The translations under genes were made by a program, and so were the position numbers. The notes under the pieces were generated by a model. It was not told the origin of the DNA and did not search any database. It saw only the letters and a program-made list of their open reading frames with translations. Below are positions 46,255 to 55,556 of a DNA stretch of 64,000 nt, in pieces (positions within the stretch are counted from its first letter, which is position 1; every line of letters begins with the position of its first letter). Location of the stretch: contig JBBTRF010000001.1 of the NCBI GenBank assembly GCA_038065315.1, positions 300,776-364,775 of the forward strand, written 5' to 3'. This DNA comes from Patescibacteria group bacterium (GTDB lineage: Bacteria; Patescibacteriota; Minisyncoccia; Phycocordibacterales; JBBTRF01).

Positions 46255-46845
46255 TTAGATACTATAGCCCATCTTTACAAACTCTCTTCCTAGACGCTCA
46301 AAATTACCCTGATCCTTTAAGTATTCTTTGACCATTTTTACCTGCCCCTTACCTATCAAATTTCTAATATTCTTATTACTCTGTAATTTAATTTCTGGAA
46401 ATGAAAATCTTGCATCTATTCCTTGCTCCCTATCAATGACATGGAAGTGTCTATCGTGATCACTACCATGTGGATATACCCTAAAAACAAAGCCCCTCAT
46501 CCTGCCACCTACACCCTTAACAAATGGTCCACTCCAACTGAGCGGAGTCTTATATTTTTGATCGAGCGCTAAATCTTCGTCACTCTTTGAATAATGAATA
46601 ATGCAGTACATTCCCTCCAATAAGCACTCATCTGCAACATCCACATAACCTTCAATTTCATCTTTTAACTGATTTCGGTTAAACTCTTTTTCACGGCGCA
46701 ACCTAAAGATCTCGGCTTTTTTTACATACCTTCTTAACTGAAACCTGAACAGAGACAGTATCAGCGCACGAACTAGTGTTCGCAGCGATTCTCTAAAATA
46801 TACCGCCAGGGAAATTAGCACGCAGAGTAGTAAAAACCAGTACAT
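46255..46845 (-). CDS. hypothetical membrane protein with DUF4160-like C-terminus (AT-rich gene)
   Basis: Starts at the internal Met (MYWFLLLCVLISLAVYF). The C-terminal DHDRHFHVIDREQGIDARFSFPEIK resembles DUF4160 (PHFH motif). The upstream part of the track ORF overlaps the conserved repeat element, so the start is trimmed. Confidence 0.35.
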   Translation of the reverse strand: MYWFLLLCVLISLAVYFRESLRTLVRALILSLFRFQLRRYVKKAEIFRLRREKEFNRNQLKDEIEGYVDVADECLLEGMYCIIHYSKSDEDLALDQKYKTPLSWSGPFVKGVGGRMRGFVFRVYPHGSDHDRHFHVIDREQGIDARFSFPEIKLQSNKNIRNLIGKGQVKMVKEYLKDQGNFERLGREFVKMGYSI

Positions 46846-46898
46846 AACAATTAGATTATTCCATCGATTAACAAATCTTTCAAACACACTCGATGAAT

Positions 46899-47046
46899 CG
46901 GTCCTTACAGGACCAGTACGGGTTTCCCATTTTCTCGGAGCAGAACTCCTCGAAAATATGGGAGAACCCTTTCGATTCTCAGACGCAAGTGCCTCAAGGC
47001 ACTTGCTTACCCGCACAAACAAAGCCCCTTTCGGGGCGTTTGTCGT
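46899..47046 (-). repeat. tRNA-adjacent conserved structured element, copy 1 (3' of tRNA-Gly)
   Basis: On the minus strand, 32 nt after the tRNA-Gly CCA, it begins GCGGGTA (identical to the tRNA-Gly 5' acceptor) + AG. Then comes hairpin GCAAGTGCC-TTGA-GGCACTTGC, a T-arm-like GAGAATCGAAAGGGTTCTC, and ~75 nt that is ~90% identical to copy 2 at 62699-62841, ending in hairpin GGTCCTGTAAGGACC. Confidence 0.7.
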
Positions 47047-47049
47047 TGG

Positions 47050-47120
47050 TGCGGGTACTGAGAATCGAACTCAGGTCTCAACCTTGGGAAGGTCGCATTC
47101 TACCACTAAACCATACCCGC
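47050..47120 (-). tRNA. tRNA-Gly (CCC), CCA encoded (47047-47049)
   Basis: The reverse complement GCGGGTATGGTTTAGTGGTAGAATGCGACCTTCCCAAGGTTG...CTGAGTTCGATTCTCAGTACCCGCACCA folds with anticodon CCC. It is followed by hairpin GCCCC-GAAA-GGGGC + TTTGTTTG. Confidence 0.85.
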
Positions 47121-47147
47121 ATTTTTGTCGCGCACGCCGCGTCTACA

Positions 47148-47534
47148 CTACTCCGCCCCGAACAATCCCTTGATCTTCTTCCACAAGCCGGAAGCGAGGC
47201 TGTCCTCAGGAACGTCCACCTCCGTCTTTGGCGGGTCCACCAATACTACCAAATGTTCGCCGGGTTTGGCCACCCGAAAGCTATTGCGGATCTCGCGCTC
47301 CATGCCTTCCTTGGTGTTGAGCTCTTCGATCGCTTTAGCAACCTCGACTTTGCGCTGCTGGAGGTTTTGCAATTCGGTCTGTGCCCGCGCCGCTCGGTCG
47401 CGGCTCTCGGATTCTTTTCCGTACACGTTGTAGGCGGCGCGGGCAGTGAGAAAAAGAACCATCAGCAACACAAGCAAAGTCGGCCGCGAATACACCATTT
47501 CCCGAAACTGTCGTTTTTGCCTAAATTCCCTCAT
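47148..47534 (-). CDS. septum formation initiator family protein (FtsB/DivIC-like)
   Basis: N-terminal TM (PTLLVLLMVLFLTARAAY), then a coiled coil (ELQNLQQRKVEVAKAIEELNTKEGMEREIRN). Confidence 0.5.
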   Translation of the reverse strand: MREFRQKRQFREMVYSRPTLLVLLMVLFLTARAAYNVYGKESESRDRAARAQTELQNLQQRKVEVAKAIEELNTKEGMEREIRNSFRVAKPGEHLVVLVDPPKTEVDVPEDSLASGLWKKIKGLFGAE

Positions 47535-48036
47535 ATGATATGATGCAGTATATCAAAAAATACCATGCTATTCGATCCAAAACACAAGAAAAAAGTCGGC
47601 ATCGTGTGGGGCATTCTCTGCGCACTCATTATCGTGAGCATGATTCTGCTCTATATCCCGTCGCTTTTGCCATAACAATCAGATAGGTCAGCAAAAAGAA
47701 AACAGGTACCTCGAGGGTCCCTGTTTTTCGTTTCTGACACACGACGCCGGCGCTGGATCGGAAGGTTCACGGCGCTCGCTTTGGCGACTTGCGGAAGAGG
47801 CCAATGAAGCCGAGGAATAGCTTCGCGGCGGCGAAGACAAGAAAGGCGGCGGTGAGAAGCGGCCAGAACCAGATAGAGGCGCGATCTTCCTTTTCCGAAG
47901 TCACGCTGCGAAATACCGCAGAAGCACGAGACATAGTGAATGTGGGTTGAGGGTTGAATGTGAAAACAAAGAGCCGCGGACTCCTTTATCCTAGTACAAA
48001 ACGTTCATTTTTGCCACTTCAAGACGCCAGACAAGA

Positions 48037-49956
48037 CTAATCCCCCGTCTTCATCATCTTGATAAACACATCCTGCGGAATAGTCACGCCACTCCCCTCG
48101 CCACGCTCCTTCATGCGCTTTTTGCCCTCTTTCTGTTGGTCGAGCAGCTTGTTCTTTCGGCTCACGTCGCCGCCGTACAGATGCCCCGTCACATCCTTGC
48201 GGAAAGCGGAGATCGTTTTCGAAGAGATAATGCGGCCGAGCGCCTGGCCCTGGATTTTGGTGGCAAATTGCTGGCGAGGCAAAGCGGCATGCAACTTTTC
48301 TACAGCTTTCTCCGCTTCTATTTCCACTCTTCGTTTAGCAACCACCCGCGTGAACGCCGGCACAATCTCCCCTGCCACCAAAAGGTCCAAGCGCGCCACA
48401 TCAGCATCGCGCAATTCCCCAATCGTGTATGACATTGACGCAAAGCCTGAAGACACGCTCTTCACCTCGTCGAAAAAGTTGCGCATCAGCTCTCGGAGCG
48501 GCATTTCCACATCGATAGAGTTGCGATTGTCGCCAAAAGAGTGCGTCGCGAGGACATTGGCCTCATGATCATACAAAAGCTGCATCACCGGGCCGACATA
48601 TTCGGACGGACTGATGAGATTCATCGTCACCCACGGCTCGCGAATCTTTTCGATGAAGCCGTAGTCTGGAAACAGCGACGGCGAATAGTACATCTTGGTC
48701 ATACCCTGCTTGTCGGTGACCTCATAGGTGATACTTGGCATGGTCACGACCAACTGCAACTGAAATTCGCGGCGCAACCGCTCGGTGATGATTTCCAAAT
48801 GCAACATGCCAAGGAAGCCGCAGCGAAAACCGCGCCCCAACGTGCCGGAGGCTTCTTCTTCAAAGGTATATGAAGAATCGGAAAGTCGAAGTCGCTCGAG
48901 ACCTTGGCGCAGGGTGACGAATTCATCCTGGCTTTCCGGATAGATCGATGCCCACACCACCGGCTTCGGCGACATATATCCTGCGAGTGCTGGCAGTGGA
49001 TGCTTTTGCAGGGTGATGGTGTCTCCCACCGAAGCGATACCTGGTTGCTTGATACCGGTGACGATGTAGCCGATCTCTCCAGCGCCAATGGACTCTTTTT
49101 CGAGCTCTCCCGGCTGGAACACGCCCACCTCGAGCGCGAAGAATTTCTGGTCGGCCGCATTGAAGAGCAGTTGGCTGTTCTTCGAAATCGATCCGTCGGT
49201 CACGCGCACATACACAATGACTCCGCGGTGCGTCGAGTATTGAAAATCAAAAATGAGCGCACGGAAGCTCTCCTTGCCCACTTGCCCGCTGCCGTCTGGC
49301 ATTTTTCCAGCTGGGAATTCTTCCTTTGGCGGTGGCACGCGCTTGATCACTTCTTGGAGCAAATTCTCGACGCCTTCGCCAGTGCGACCGGAACATTCGA
49401 GCACCTCGCTTTCGCTGCACCCCAAGAGCTTGGCGAGCTCAGTTTTCACCTCTGGAACCCGCGCCAATGGCGAATCCACCTTGCTCACCACAGGGATGAT
49501 TTTGAGCCCAGATTCACGTGCCATACCAAGGGTGGTCAATGTCTGGGCCTGTACCCCCTGAGTGGCATCTACGAGCAAAATTGAGCCTTCCACGGCCTTT
49601 AGGGCGCGGGATACCTCGTAATAGAAGTCCACGTGGCCGGGGGTGTCGATAAGGTTCAAAATATAGGTTTCCGGACGGGTATCCGCCGGCGTTTCCACCT
49701 CCCCAATAATATGCGCATCCAAAGTGCCGCCGGCACCTTTTGGCGCCTGATAGGTGTATTCCATACGCACCGGCTGCATCTTGATCGTGATACCGCGCTC
49801 CTTTTCGAGCTCCATACTGTCGAGTACCTGGTCGCGCATTTTGCGGGCCTCGATGGTGTGGGTGATTTCGAGCATGCGGTCAGCCAACGTCGACTTGCCG
49901 TGGTCGATGTGCGCGATAATGCTGAAATTGCGGATCCGCTGGAGAGGGGTGGCCAT
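48037..49956 (-). CDS. lepA: elongation factor 4 (LepA)
   Basis: Starts at [30 protein letters not shown]-domain plus the LepA-specific C-terminal domain. The longer track ORF N-terminus (to 50088) is probably not translated. Confidence 0.9.
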   Translation of the reverse strand: MATPLQRIRNFSIIAHIDHGKSTLADRMLEITHTIEARKMRDQVLDSMELEKERGITIKMQPVRMEYTYQAPKGAGGTLDAHIIGEVETPADTRPETYILNLIDTPGHVDFYYEVSRALKAVEGSILLVDATQGVQAQTLTTLGMARESGLKIIPVVSKVDSPLARVPEVKTELAKLLGCSESEVLECSGRTGEGVENLLQEVIKRVPPPKEEFPAGKMPDGSGQVGKESFRALIFDFQYSTHRGVIVYVRVTDGSISKNSQLLFNAADQKFFALEVGVFQPGELEKESIGAGEIGYIVTGIKQPGIASVGDTITLQKHPLPALAGYMSPKPVVWASIYPESQDEFVTLRQGLERLRLSDSSYTFEEEASGTLGRGFRCGFLGMLHLEIITERLRREFQLQLVVTMPSITYEVTDKQGMTKMYYSPSLFPDYGFIEKIREPWVTMNLISPSEYVGPVMQLLYDHEANVLATHSFGDNRNSIDVEMPLRELMRNFFDEVKSVSSGFASMSYTIGELRDADVARLDLLVAGEIVPAFTRVVAKRRVEIEAEKAVEKLHAALPRQQFATKIQGQALGRIISSKTISAFRKDVTGHLYGGDVSRKNKLLDQQKEGKKRMKERGEGSGVTIPQDVFIKMMKTGD

Positions 49957-50114
49957 AAGCTCAATCATACTAGCAAAAACGGGCGAAAAGGCTAGTTTTT
50001 GGCGAAGCAGGAGGGGTGTCTCGCAGCAGAAAATAGTACCTGCGGATTTTTCATACGAAAGTATGAGAAAAGTATGAGAAATCCGCACCTATTCAAAAAC
50101 ACTGCGCGGGGCCG

Positions 50115-50642
50115 TCAAACCAAACCATCAACCTCAAACCCAATCTTCTTTTTCGGCCCCTCCGGCGGATTGATCAACCGCTTCACTACAGAATACACAC
50201 TCGAAAGCTGATCACCATGCTCTTTCTGTTTTCTCTCAATTTCTTCGATCTTGTGGGCCAAATCAGTGTGCGTGGCCAGTACTTCCCGCATTTTGATAAA
50301 AGCTCGGACAATGAAGATACTCATCTGTACCGCTCGCTGGCTTTTCAGCACCGCAGAGAGCATGGCCACGCCGTGTTCGGTGAAGACGTAGGGTAGATAA
50401 CGGCTTCCTCCACGACCAATCTTTGAGGTTTCAATTTGAAACCTCAAAGATTGGCTCTCGTCCTTTGTTAATTGAAACATAAAATCCTCTGGAAACCTTT
50501 GAATATTTCGGCGCACTGCCAAGTTCAAACTTTTAGTGGGTATGCCGTATATTTCAGCCAAATCAAAGTCCACCATCACCCGCTGGCCGCGAATGATGTA
50601 AATTTTGTGTTCGACGACATTTTGTATCGCATCTTTTTCCAC
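50115..50642 (-). CDS. ORF6N (KilA-N-like) domain protein
   Basis: The classic ORF6N motif is IRGQRVMVDFDLAEIYGIPTKSLNLAVRRNIQRFPEDFMFQL...LRFQIETSKIGRGGSRYLPYVFTEHGVAML. It is often prophage-associated. Confidence 0.75.
   Translation of the reverse strand: MEKDAIQNVVEHKIYIIRGQRVMVDFDLAEIYGIPTKSLNLAVRRNIQRFPEDFMFQLTKDESQSLRFQIETSKIGRGGSRYLPYVFTEHGVAMLSAVLKSQRAVQMSIFIVRAFIKMREVLATHTDLAHKIEEIERKQKEHGDQLSSVYSVVKRLINPPEGPKKKIGFEVDGLV
50416..50454. repeat. 39-bp perfect palindrome inside the ORF6N CDS
   Basis: CCAATCTTTGAGGTTTCAA-T-TTGAAACCTCAAAGATTGG. It encodes SQSLRFQIETSKIG, the conserved ORF6N motif. Confidence 0.8.
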
Positions 50643-50721
50643 CTATCAATTCTATCGGCCGGCAAAATACATTGCAATGCGAAAAAGATAAAGAAACACT
50701 AAAATCTTTATGAATTTTTGA

Positions 50722-51318
50722 TCAATTTTTCTTCACCCACGGCACCGGATACTTTTTCCACTCATCGAGCAGCGGTTCATCATAAAAGAATCGAGCAAAC
50801 ATTTCGGCTTCGATACGAGCACCGTTGATTGCAACGTGCGGCTTCACTTCTGCCGGCACACCACAGTACTCGGCAATCGTATCTGAATTCAAGGCAGAAT
50901 GGCCGTTCAAAGTCGGCGGCTTGATCCCCCGTCGCAACGCGTGAAAATAGCAGACGGTGTGCATATCGATCGTCCGCCTTGCAAGTGGCCAATTCACCCC
51001 CGAGCGCGCCGCCGCGGCGCGCAAAAACCCCTCGTCAAAAGATGGGATCTGTCCCGCAATCGTCCGCTCCGGACACTGCATCGCCCATTGCAAAAATTCA
51101 ATCACGATCTCCTTCTCACTTTTCTTCTTCGGATCGACAACCTGTTCCCGAGTGTACCCATTCACCGCCAGAGCCTCCTCGGCCACATGCGCGCCCTCCC
51201 AAGCTCGGCATTCGGCATAAAACTGATTCGTCGGATGATAAAAATCCACCGCACCAATAGACACTAACGAATGCTTGTTCGGGTCCACCCCAGTTGTCTC
51301 AACATCAACGACGATCAT
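50722..51318 (-). CDS. DEDD-family 3'-5' exonuclease (DnaQ-like)
   Basis: Starts at MIVVDVETTGVDP (Exo I motif). Exo II/III-like FDEGFL and H-containing motifs. A 7-nt gap before murJ supports this start. Confidence 0.7.
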   Translation of the reverse strand: MIVVDVETTGVDPNKHSLVSIGAVDFYHPTNQFYAECRAWEGAHVAEEALAVNGYTREQVVDPKKKSEKEIVIEFLQWAMQCPERTIAGQIPSFDEGFLRAAAARSGVNWPLARRTIDMHTVCYFHALRRGIKPPTLNGHSALNSDTIAEYCGVPAEVKPHVAINGARIEAEMFARFFYDEPLLDEWKKYPVPWVKKN

Positions 51319-51325
51319 CCCTGTA

Positions 51326-53005
51326 TTATAGCTGTTCCGGCTCAGGAACCAAGACATCTGCCTTCCAGATCTTTGTATGCAGCGTCCTCCACACCTGCTC
51401 CAACTCCTCGCTTTTCAACGCCTTCAACACCAACAAACAGAAGATGATACCAATGATTCCCGAACAAAAACCCTGCATAAAAATGCCGAAAACGGTATCA
51501 ACGCGAAATACGTGATCAAAAATACCAAGACATCGATAGGTCACAAAACCCATCAGTACCGAAGCCGAAAAGGTCTGAAATAGCGTGCGAAACACAGGTC
51601 GAGAGAACTCCGAAAACTCTTTATGAAAAGCCTGCCAGTGAGCAATCGTGTTCACAAACACGCCGAGCGAATACGCCAGTGCCAGCATCAATACCGAAGT
51701 TCCGGTGAGACCCTCAACCTTGAACAAAGTCTCAAAAAATAGACGGAACGCACTCCAGTGTTCGAAGGCCCAAACCAAGCCAAAGGCAAACACCACAATG
51801 AGGCCTGAGGAGAATAGGTTGATCAGCAAAGGCTTCAGTGTCTTGCCGCCAGAATAGAAAGCGCGAACAAAGAGGGTGATGAGACTCTGCGGAATGATCG
51901 ACAGAGTGAAGATCGCCAACGCTGCCGCAGTGAGGCGGGTGTCGCTCCAGTCGAAATGGCCAGTACCAAGCACGGTTCGCACTATTTGGGCGCGCAACAC
52001 GATAAACAGCACCATCACCGGCATAGACCAGAAGATGATGTGCTTTGTGGAAGCCACCATCTGCTCGACAAAGCGCTTCATGTCGCCGGTGGAAAAGAGC
52101 CGTGACAGTGTCGGAAATGCTGCCGAAGCGTAGCTCACGCCGATAATACTGAGCGGCACCGACTGCAGGTTATTTGAGAAATTAAAAATCGCAATAGAAC
52201 CGGAAGCCATGAGCGAAGCTGACGCTGTCAGAAAGAAGAGAGCAATCTGATTTGATGAGAGCGTAAGCGTCCGCGGTAGTGAGGTGAGCACCACCTGACG
52301 GATCGCCTTGAAATCGATACTTAGCAGCACACGTGGGAATAATTTCTGACTCACAATATATGGAATCTGGATACAGAGATGTAGTGCAGCACCGATAATC
52401 ACCCCCCAACCGAGACCATACAGTCCCATTGTCGGATACAGTACGATGATGCCGAATACAATTCCGAGGTTATACAACACCGGACTGAGGGCATAAAGGA
52501 AAAAGCGATTATGGATCTGCGTGATGCTCGCAAGAAAGTTTGAGAAGCCGAGAAGCAGCGGCGAGAGTAGGAGAATTCTCGACAGAGTGACAAGCTGTGG
52601 CAACGCCGGATCATTCGCAAAACCCGGTAATACGATAGGCGTAAGCCATGGCATCAAGAAAAATGCAATGATCGATACCACCACGATCGCAAAGAAGAAT
52701 ACCGAAAATGTGTGATCGATGAAGGCCCTGCCCTCTTCTTTGTTCCTTTCCATCTTCTCAATGAAGAATGGTACGAGTACCGAGATCGAGACCGTGGTGG
52801 CAATCGACACAAAGATGAAATCCGGAATACGGAAAGCCGCATAGTACACATCGATCACATTTCCTGCACCGAAGAAATAGGCGAAGAGTCTGTCGCGCAG
52901 CAGCGCTAGCAGCTGCGCTAGGAAAGCGAAGAACGCCAAAAGGTAAGCGGCCTCATGGAGACCGCTTACCTCCCGATGAAAGAAACTGAGCAAGCGCTTC
53001 ACCAT
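51326..53005 (-). CDS. murJ: lipid II flippase MurJ/MviN
   Basis: 559 aa with 14 predicted TM. N-terminal MVKRLLSFFHREVSGLHEAAYLLAFFAFLAQLLALLRDRLFAYFFGAG is typical of MurJ. Confidence 0.8.
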   Translation of the reverse strand: MVKRLLSFFHREVSGLHEAAYLLAFFAFLAQLLALLRDRLFAYFFGAGNVIDVYYAAFRIPDFIFVSIATTVSISVLVPFFIEKMERNKEEGRAFIDHTFSVFFFAIVVVSIIAFFLMPWLTPIVLPGFANDPALPQLVTLSRILLLSPLLLGFSNFLASITQIHNRFFLYALSPVLYNLGIVFGIIVLYPTMGLYGLGWGVIIGAALHLCIQIPYIVSQKLFPRVLLSIDFKAIRQVVLTSLPRTLTLSSNQIALFFLTASASLMASGSIAIFNFSNNLQSVPLSIIGVSYASAAFPTLSRLFSTGDMKRFVEQMVASTKHIIFWSMPVMVLFIVLRAQIVRTVLGTGHFDWSDTRLTAAALAIFTLSIIPQSLITLFVRAFYSGGKTLKPLLINLFSSGLIVVFAFGLVWAFEHWSAFRLFFETLFKVEGLTGTSVLMLALAYSLGVFVNTIAHWQAFHKEFSEFSRPVFRTLFQTFSASVLMGFVTYRCLGIFDHVFRVDTVFGIFMQGFCSGIIGIIFCLLVLKALKSEELEQVWRTLHTKIWKADVLVPEPEQL

Positions 53006-53021
53006 GGGGCGACCAATGGAA

Positions 53022-55430
53022 CTAGTTTTCCTCGTTTACCGGAAGCTTCTTGGTAGCTTCTTTTGGAGTCTCCTTTGCTGCCGTCGCTAGAGGATCCCGG
53101 CCGGCCTTCAAGTTGGCAAGAGCCGCCTTCACTTCCTGATTGTCTGGATTTAGTTTTTGTATCTCTTCAAACTGAACGATTGCGTCGGACCGTCGGCCAA
53201 GCTTTGAATAACTAATGCCGAGGAAGTATCGCGCGTTTGAGTATTGCGGATTCAAAGTCACTGCTCGCTCAAGAGCCGTCACCGCATCTGCGTATTGCTT
53301 GTTCGAATATTGGAGAAAACCGAGCTGGAAGAAAACTGTCGGATCGTTCTGATTGAGGAAAGCGATAGCGGAGACAGACTGGATCGCGTCCTTCAAATTA
53401 CCTTCCGCAATCTGAATCTGTGAAAGGAGATAAATCGCCTCTGAATAATTTTGCTTCATTGCAAGCGCTTGCATGACGACCTCTTTCGCCTTTGGCAAAT
53501 CCTTGTTGGTCGCTTCCAATCGAGCAAGTGCGAGAATAATCGACGGATTCTTGGCGTTCAAAGTCTGTGCCTTCTCATATGCCTGCTTCGCGCTTTCGTA
53601 TGCCTTTTCGTAGCCGAATGGTAGCAAACCTTCGTACAGCTGTCCGAGGGTGATCCAATTCTGATAATTGCCCTCATCCTGCTTGATCGCCTTCTGGGCA
53701 GCATCCAAAGTGGTCGCGAGTAATGGGGAGATTTGTGCAGTTTTCTGATCCTGCTTCAATGACTCATCGTTCAATACCGCATTGATCTTTAATACGCCAA
53801 GCTGTACCAAGCCTCGGTAGTAGCCATCTTGAGGGTCAGCGGCGATGGCATTATTCAATGCCTCTTCCCCAGCAACTAAGTCGCCCTTGGTGTTGACCGC
53901 AATAGCGGCCTGCGTAAATTGGTACGAGGCATACACCTTCTCGACGAGGTAGTAAGCAAAGGAAATAGTGCCTAACAGTACGACGATCAGTGTTGATACC
54001 GCCACAAAAGACAGCCGGGCATTCGAACCATAGTTGAATACTCGGTGTTGAAATGCACCATCTCGATGTAAGCAGGCAATGAAAATCCCGGTGAACAGAA
54101 AGGCTGTGTAGAACAAGACCTCGCTCGGAATGTATATCACCTGGAAAATCCAGAGATAGAGAGCGCCAATATACGAAGAGACAATCAGGTACTGAGTGAA
54201 CTGGTCGCGACCCTTTTTGAAGACATGGACAAAGCCGAGATAGCCAAACATACCCAAAAAGAACAGTGTCGCGAGCAATCCCAAAATACCCGTGGTCACC
54301 GCATAGGTCGGAACAAGTCCAATGCCGTAGATAAAGTCTGAACCCCAGAACACCGTCTGATTCACCTCGGCTGGCTTGAGCGCGATCCATTGGTCGACAA
54401 ATTTATTTGGACCAACACCAAAGACCGGGTCATGCTTGAGCGTCTCTTTTGCAATCTCGGCAGTGTAGGTGAAAGATGGACGCACCTCGATATCGCTGAC
54501 ATTTAAGAAACTCGCGACTTTGCCAGCACCGTCCTGTACAAACTGTGGTGCGTGATTGATCACCCATACCGGCCCCTTCGGGAAAATAAAAATGAGAGCA
54601 AACACGAACACAATGAGCGAAGCCTTTGAGAATCGTTTCGTGGCCGGAGCCTCACCTTTCTTTCGGCTAATAAAGAGGTACGAGAAGGCAATGACAGCCG
54701 AAAGACCGACAACAATCCAGACATAACTGAAGTTTGTGAGTACCAAGAAAAAAAGTGCAATCGCCAACACGACGGACCAGATGATCCTGAAGGTTTTGTT
54801 CAGAGTGAGGATTTCCAAACTAACGAGAGACAAGATGGCCACGAGACCAAAATAGATACCGAGCTCATTCAACTTACCGATAAGTGTAAAGGCTGCGGCA
54901 TTCGATATTCCAAAAGTAAGCACCTCTGGACCAAAAGTGAGACGGACAATCTGATGCAGTGCGATAAGCGAGGCTGACGAGAAGAAAGCGATGAAGAAAG
55001 CGAAAACTCGATCCTTTGTGCGGAAGAAATGAGCGGTAAAGAACAACAGTGTCGTTCCGAGGAGTATGGAAAGAGCCGTACCCACCTCGAATCTTGTACC
55101 GAAGAAGGACTGTCCAGCGTCACCAGACAAGAAAGCACTGAGGACGAAGGCGAGCAACATGATCAGTGTTGAGAGTGTAAAAAGGTTGTACGGAAGGCGT
55201 AGCTGAGAATGCCTCAGGGCATCGAAGATGAGTACGATTGCCAAGATGACAGCTACCGTAGCTAGGAGTGCCGTCTTGGAGAAGATAACAGCGACACTTG
55301 GAAAAAAGAAGATTGGCAACAGGAACGTCGCGCCGAGGAGTAGGAAAAATGACCATTTCTCGAAGCGGGCTGACCATTTTCCTGATTTCTTTTCGGCGGA
55401 CGATACAGCTGAAGCAACTTCTGGATCCAT
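53022..55430 (-). CDS. membrane protein with O-antigen-ligase-like polytopic domain and C-terminal TPR repeats
   Basis: 802 aa. The N-terminal ~480 aa are multi-TM. The C-terminal ~300 aa contain 6 or more TPR-like repeats (AYESAKQAYEKAQTLNAKNP..., ADAVTALERAVTLNPQYSNARYFLGISYSKLGRRSDAI). Confidence 0.5.
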   Translation of the reverse strand: MDPEVASAVSSAEKKSGKWSARFEKWSFFLLLGATFLLPIFFFPSVAVIFSKTALLATVAVILAIVLIFDALRHSQLRLPYNLFTLSTLIMLLAFVLSAFLSGDAGQSFFGTRFEVGTALSILLGTTLLFFTAHFFRTKDRVFAFFIAFFSSASLIALHQIVRLTFGPEVLTFGISNAAAFTLIGKLNELGIYFGLVAILSLVSLEILTLNKTFRIIWSVVLAIALFFLVLTNFSYVWIVVGLSAVIAFSYLFISRKKGEAPATKRFSKASLIVFVFALIFIFPKGPVWVINHAPQFVQDGAGKVASFLNVSDIEVRPSFTYTAEIAKETLKHDPVFGVGPNKFVDQWIALKPAEVNQTVFWGSDFIYGIGLVPTYAVTTGILGLLATLFFLGMFGYLGFVHVFKKGRDQFTQYLIVSSYIGALYLWIFQVIYIPSEVLFYTAFLFTGIFIACLHRDGAFQHRVFNYGSNARLSFVAVSTLIVVLLGTISFAYYLVEKVYASYQFTQAAIAVNTKGDLVAGEEALNNAIAADPQDGYYRGLVQLGVLKINAVLNDESLKQDQKTAQISPLLATTLDAAQKAIKQDEGNYQNWITLGQLYEGLLPFGYEKAYESAKQAYEKAQTLNAKNPSIILALARLEATNKDLPKAKEVVMQALAMKQNYSEAIYLLSQIQIAEGNLKDAIQSVSAIAFLNQNDPTVFFQLGFLQYSNKQYADAVTALERAVTLNPQYSNARYFLGISYSKLGRRSDAIVQFEEIQKLNPDNQEVKAALANLKAGRDPLATAAKETPKEATKKLPVNEEN

Positions 55431-55556
55431 GTGAGTAAAGCAATTAAACTACTGAGGAATAATGTGGCAATTATAGCAAAGGGGGTGCAGAAAAAAAAGG
55501 GAGGGCGGTGGAAAAAATCATCAAAAGAAAAACCGCCATTTCAGGCGGTTCTCCAT

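Noticed and set aside
46893-47543. ORF 46893-47543(+) and its look-alikes 62675-62992(+) and 62734-63003(+), sharing peptide QDQYGFPIF.EQ.SSKIWEN
   Set aside because: The conservation is explained by the conserved RNA-like repeat plus antisense tRNA-Gly and tRNA-Ser. The hairpin covariation and antisense tRNA content argue against a protein.
48037-50088. Using the full track ORF (683 aa) for LepA
   Set aside because: The N-terminal 44 residues (MRISHTFLILSYEKSAGTIFCCETPLL...) precede the canonical LepA start [23 protein letters not shown] and overlap the promoter region. The start is moved to 49956.
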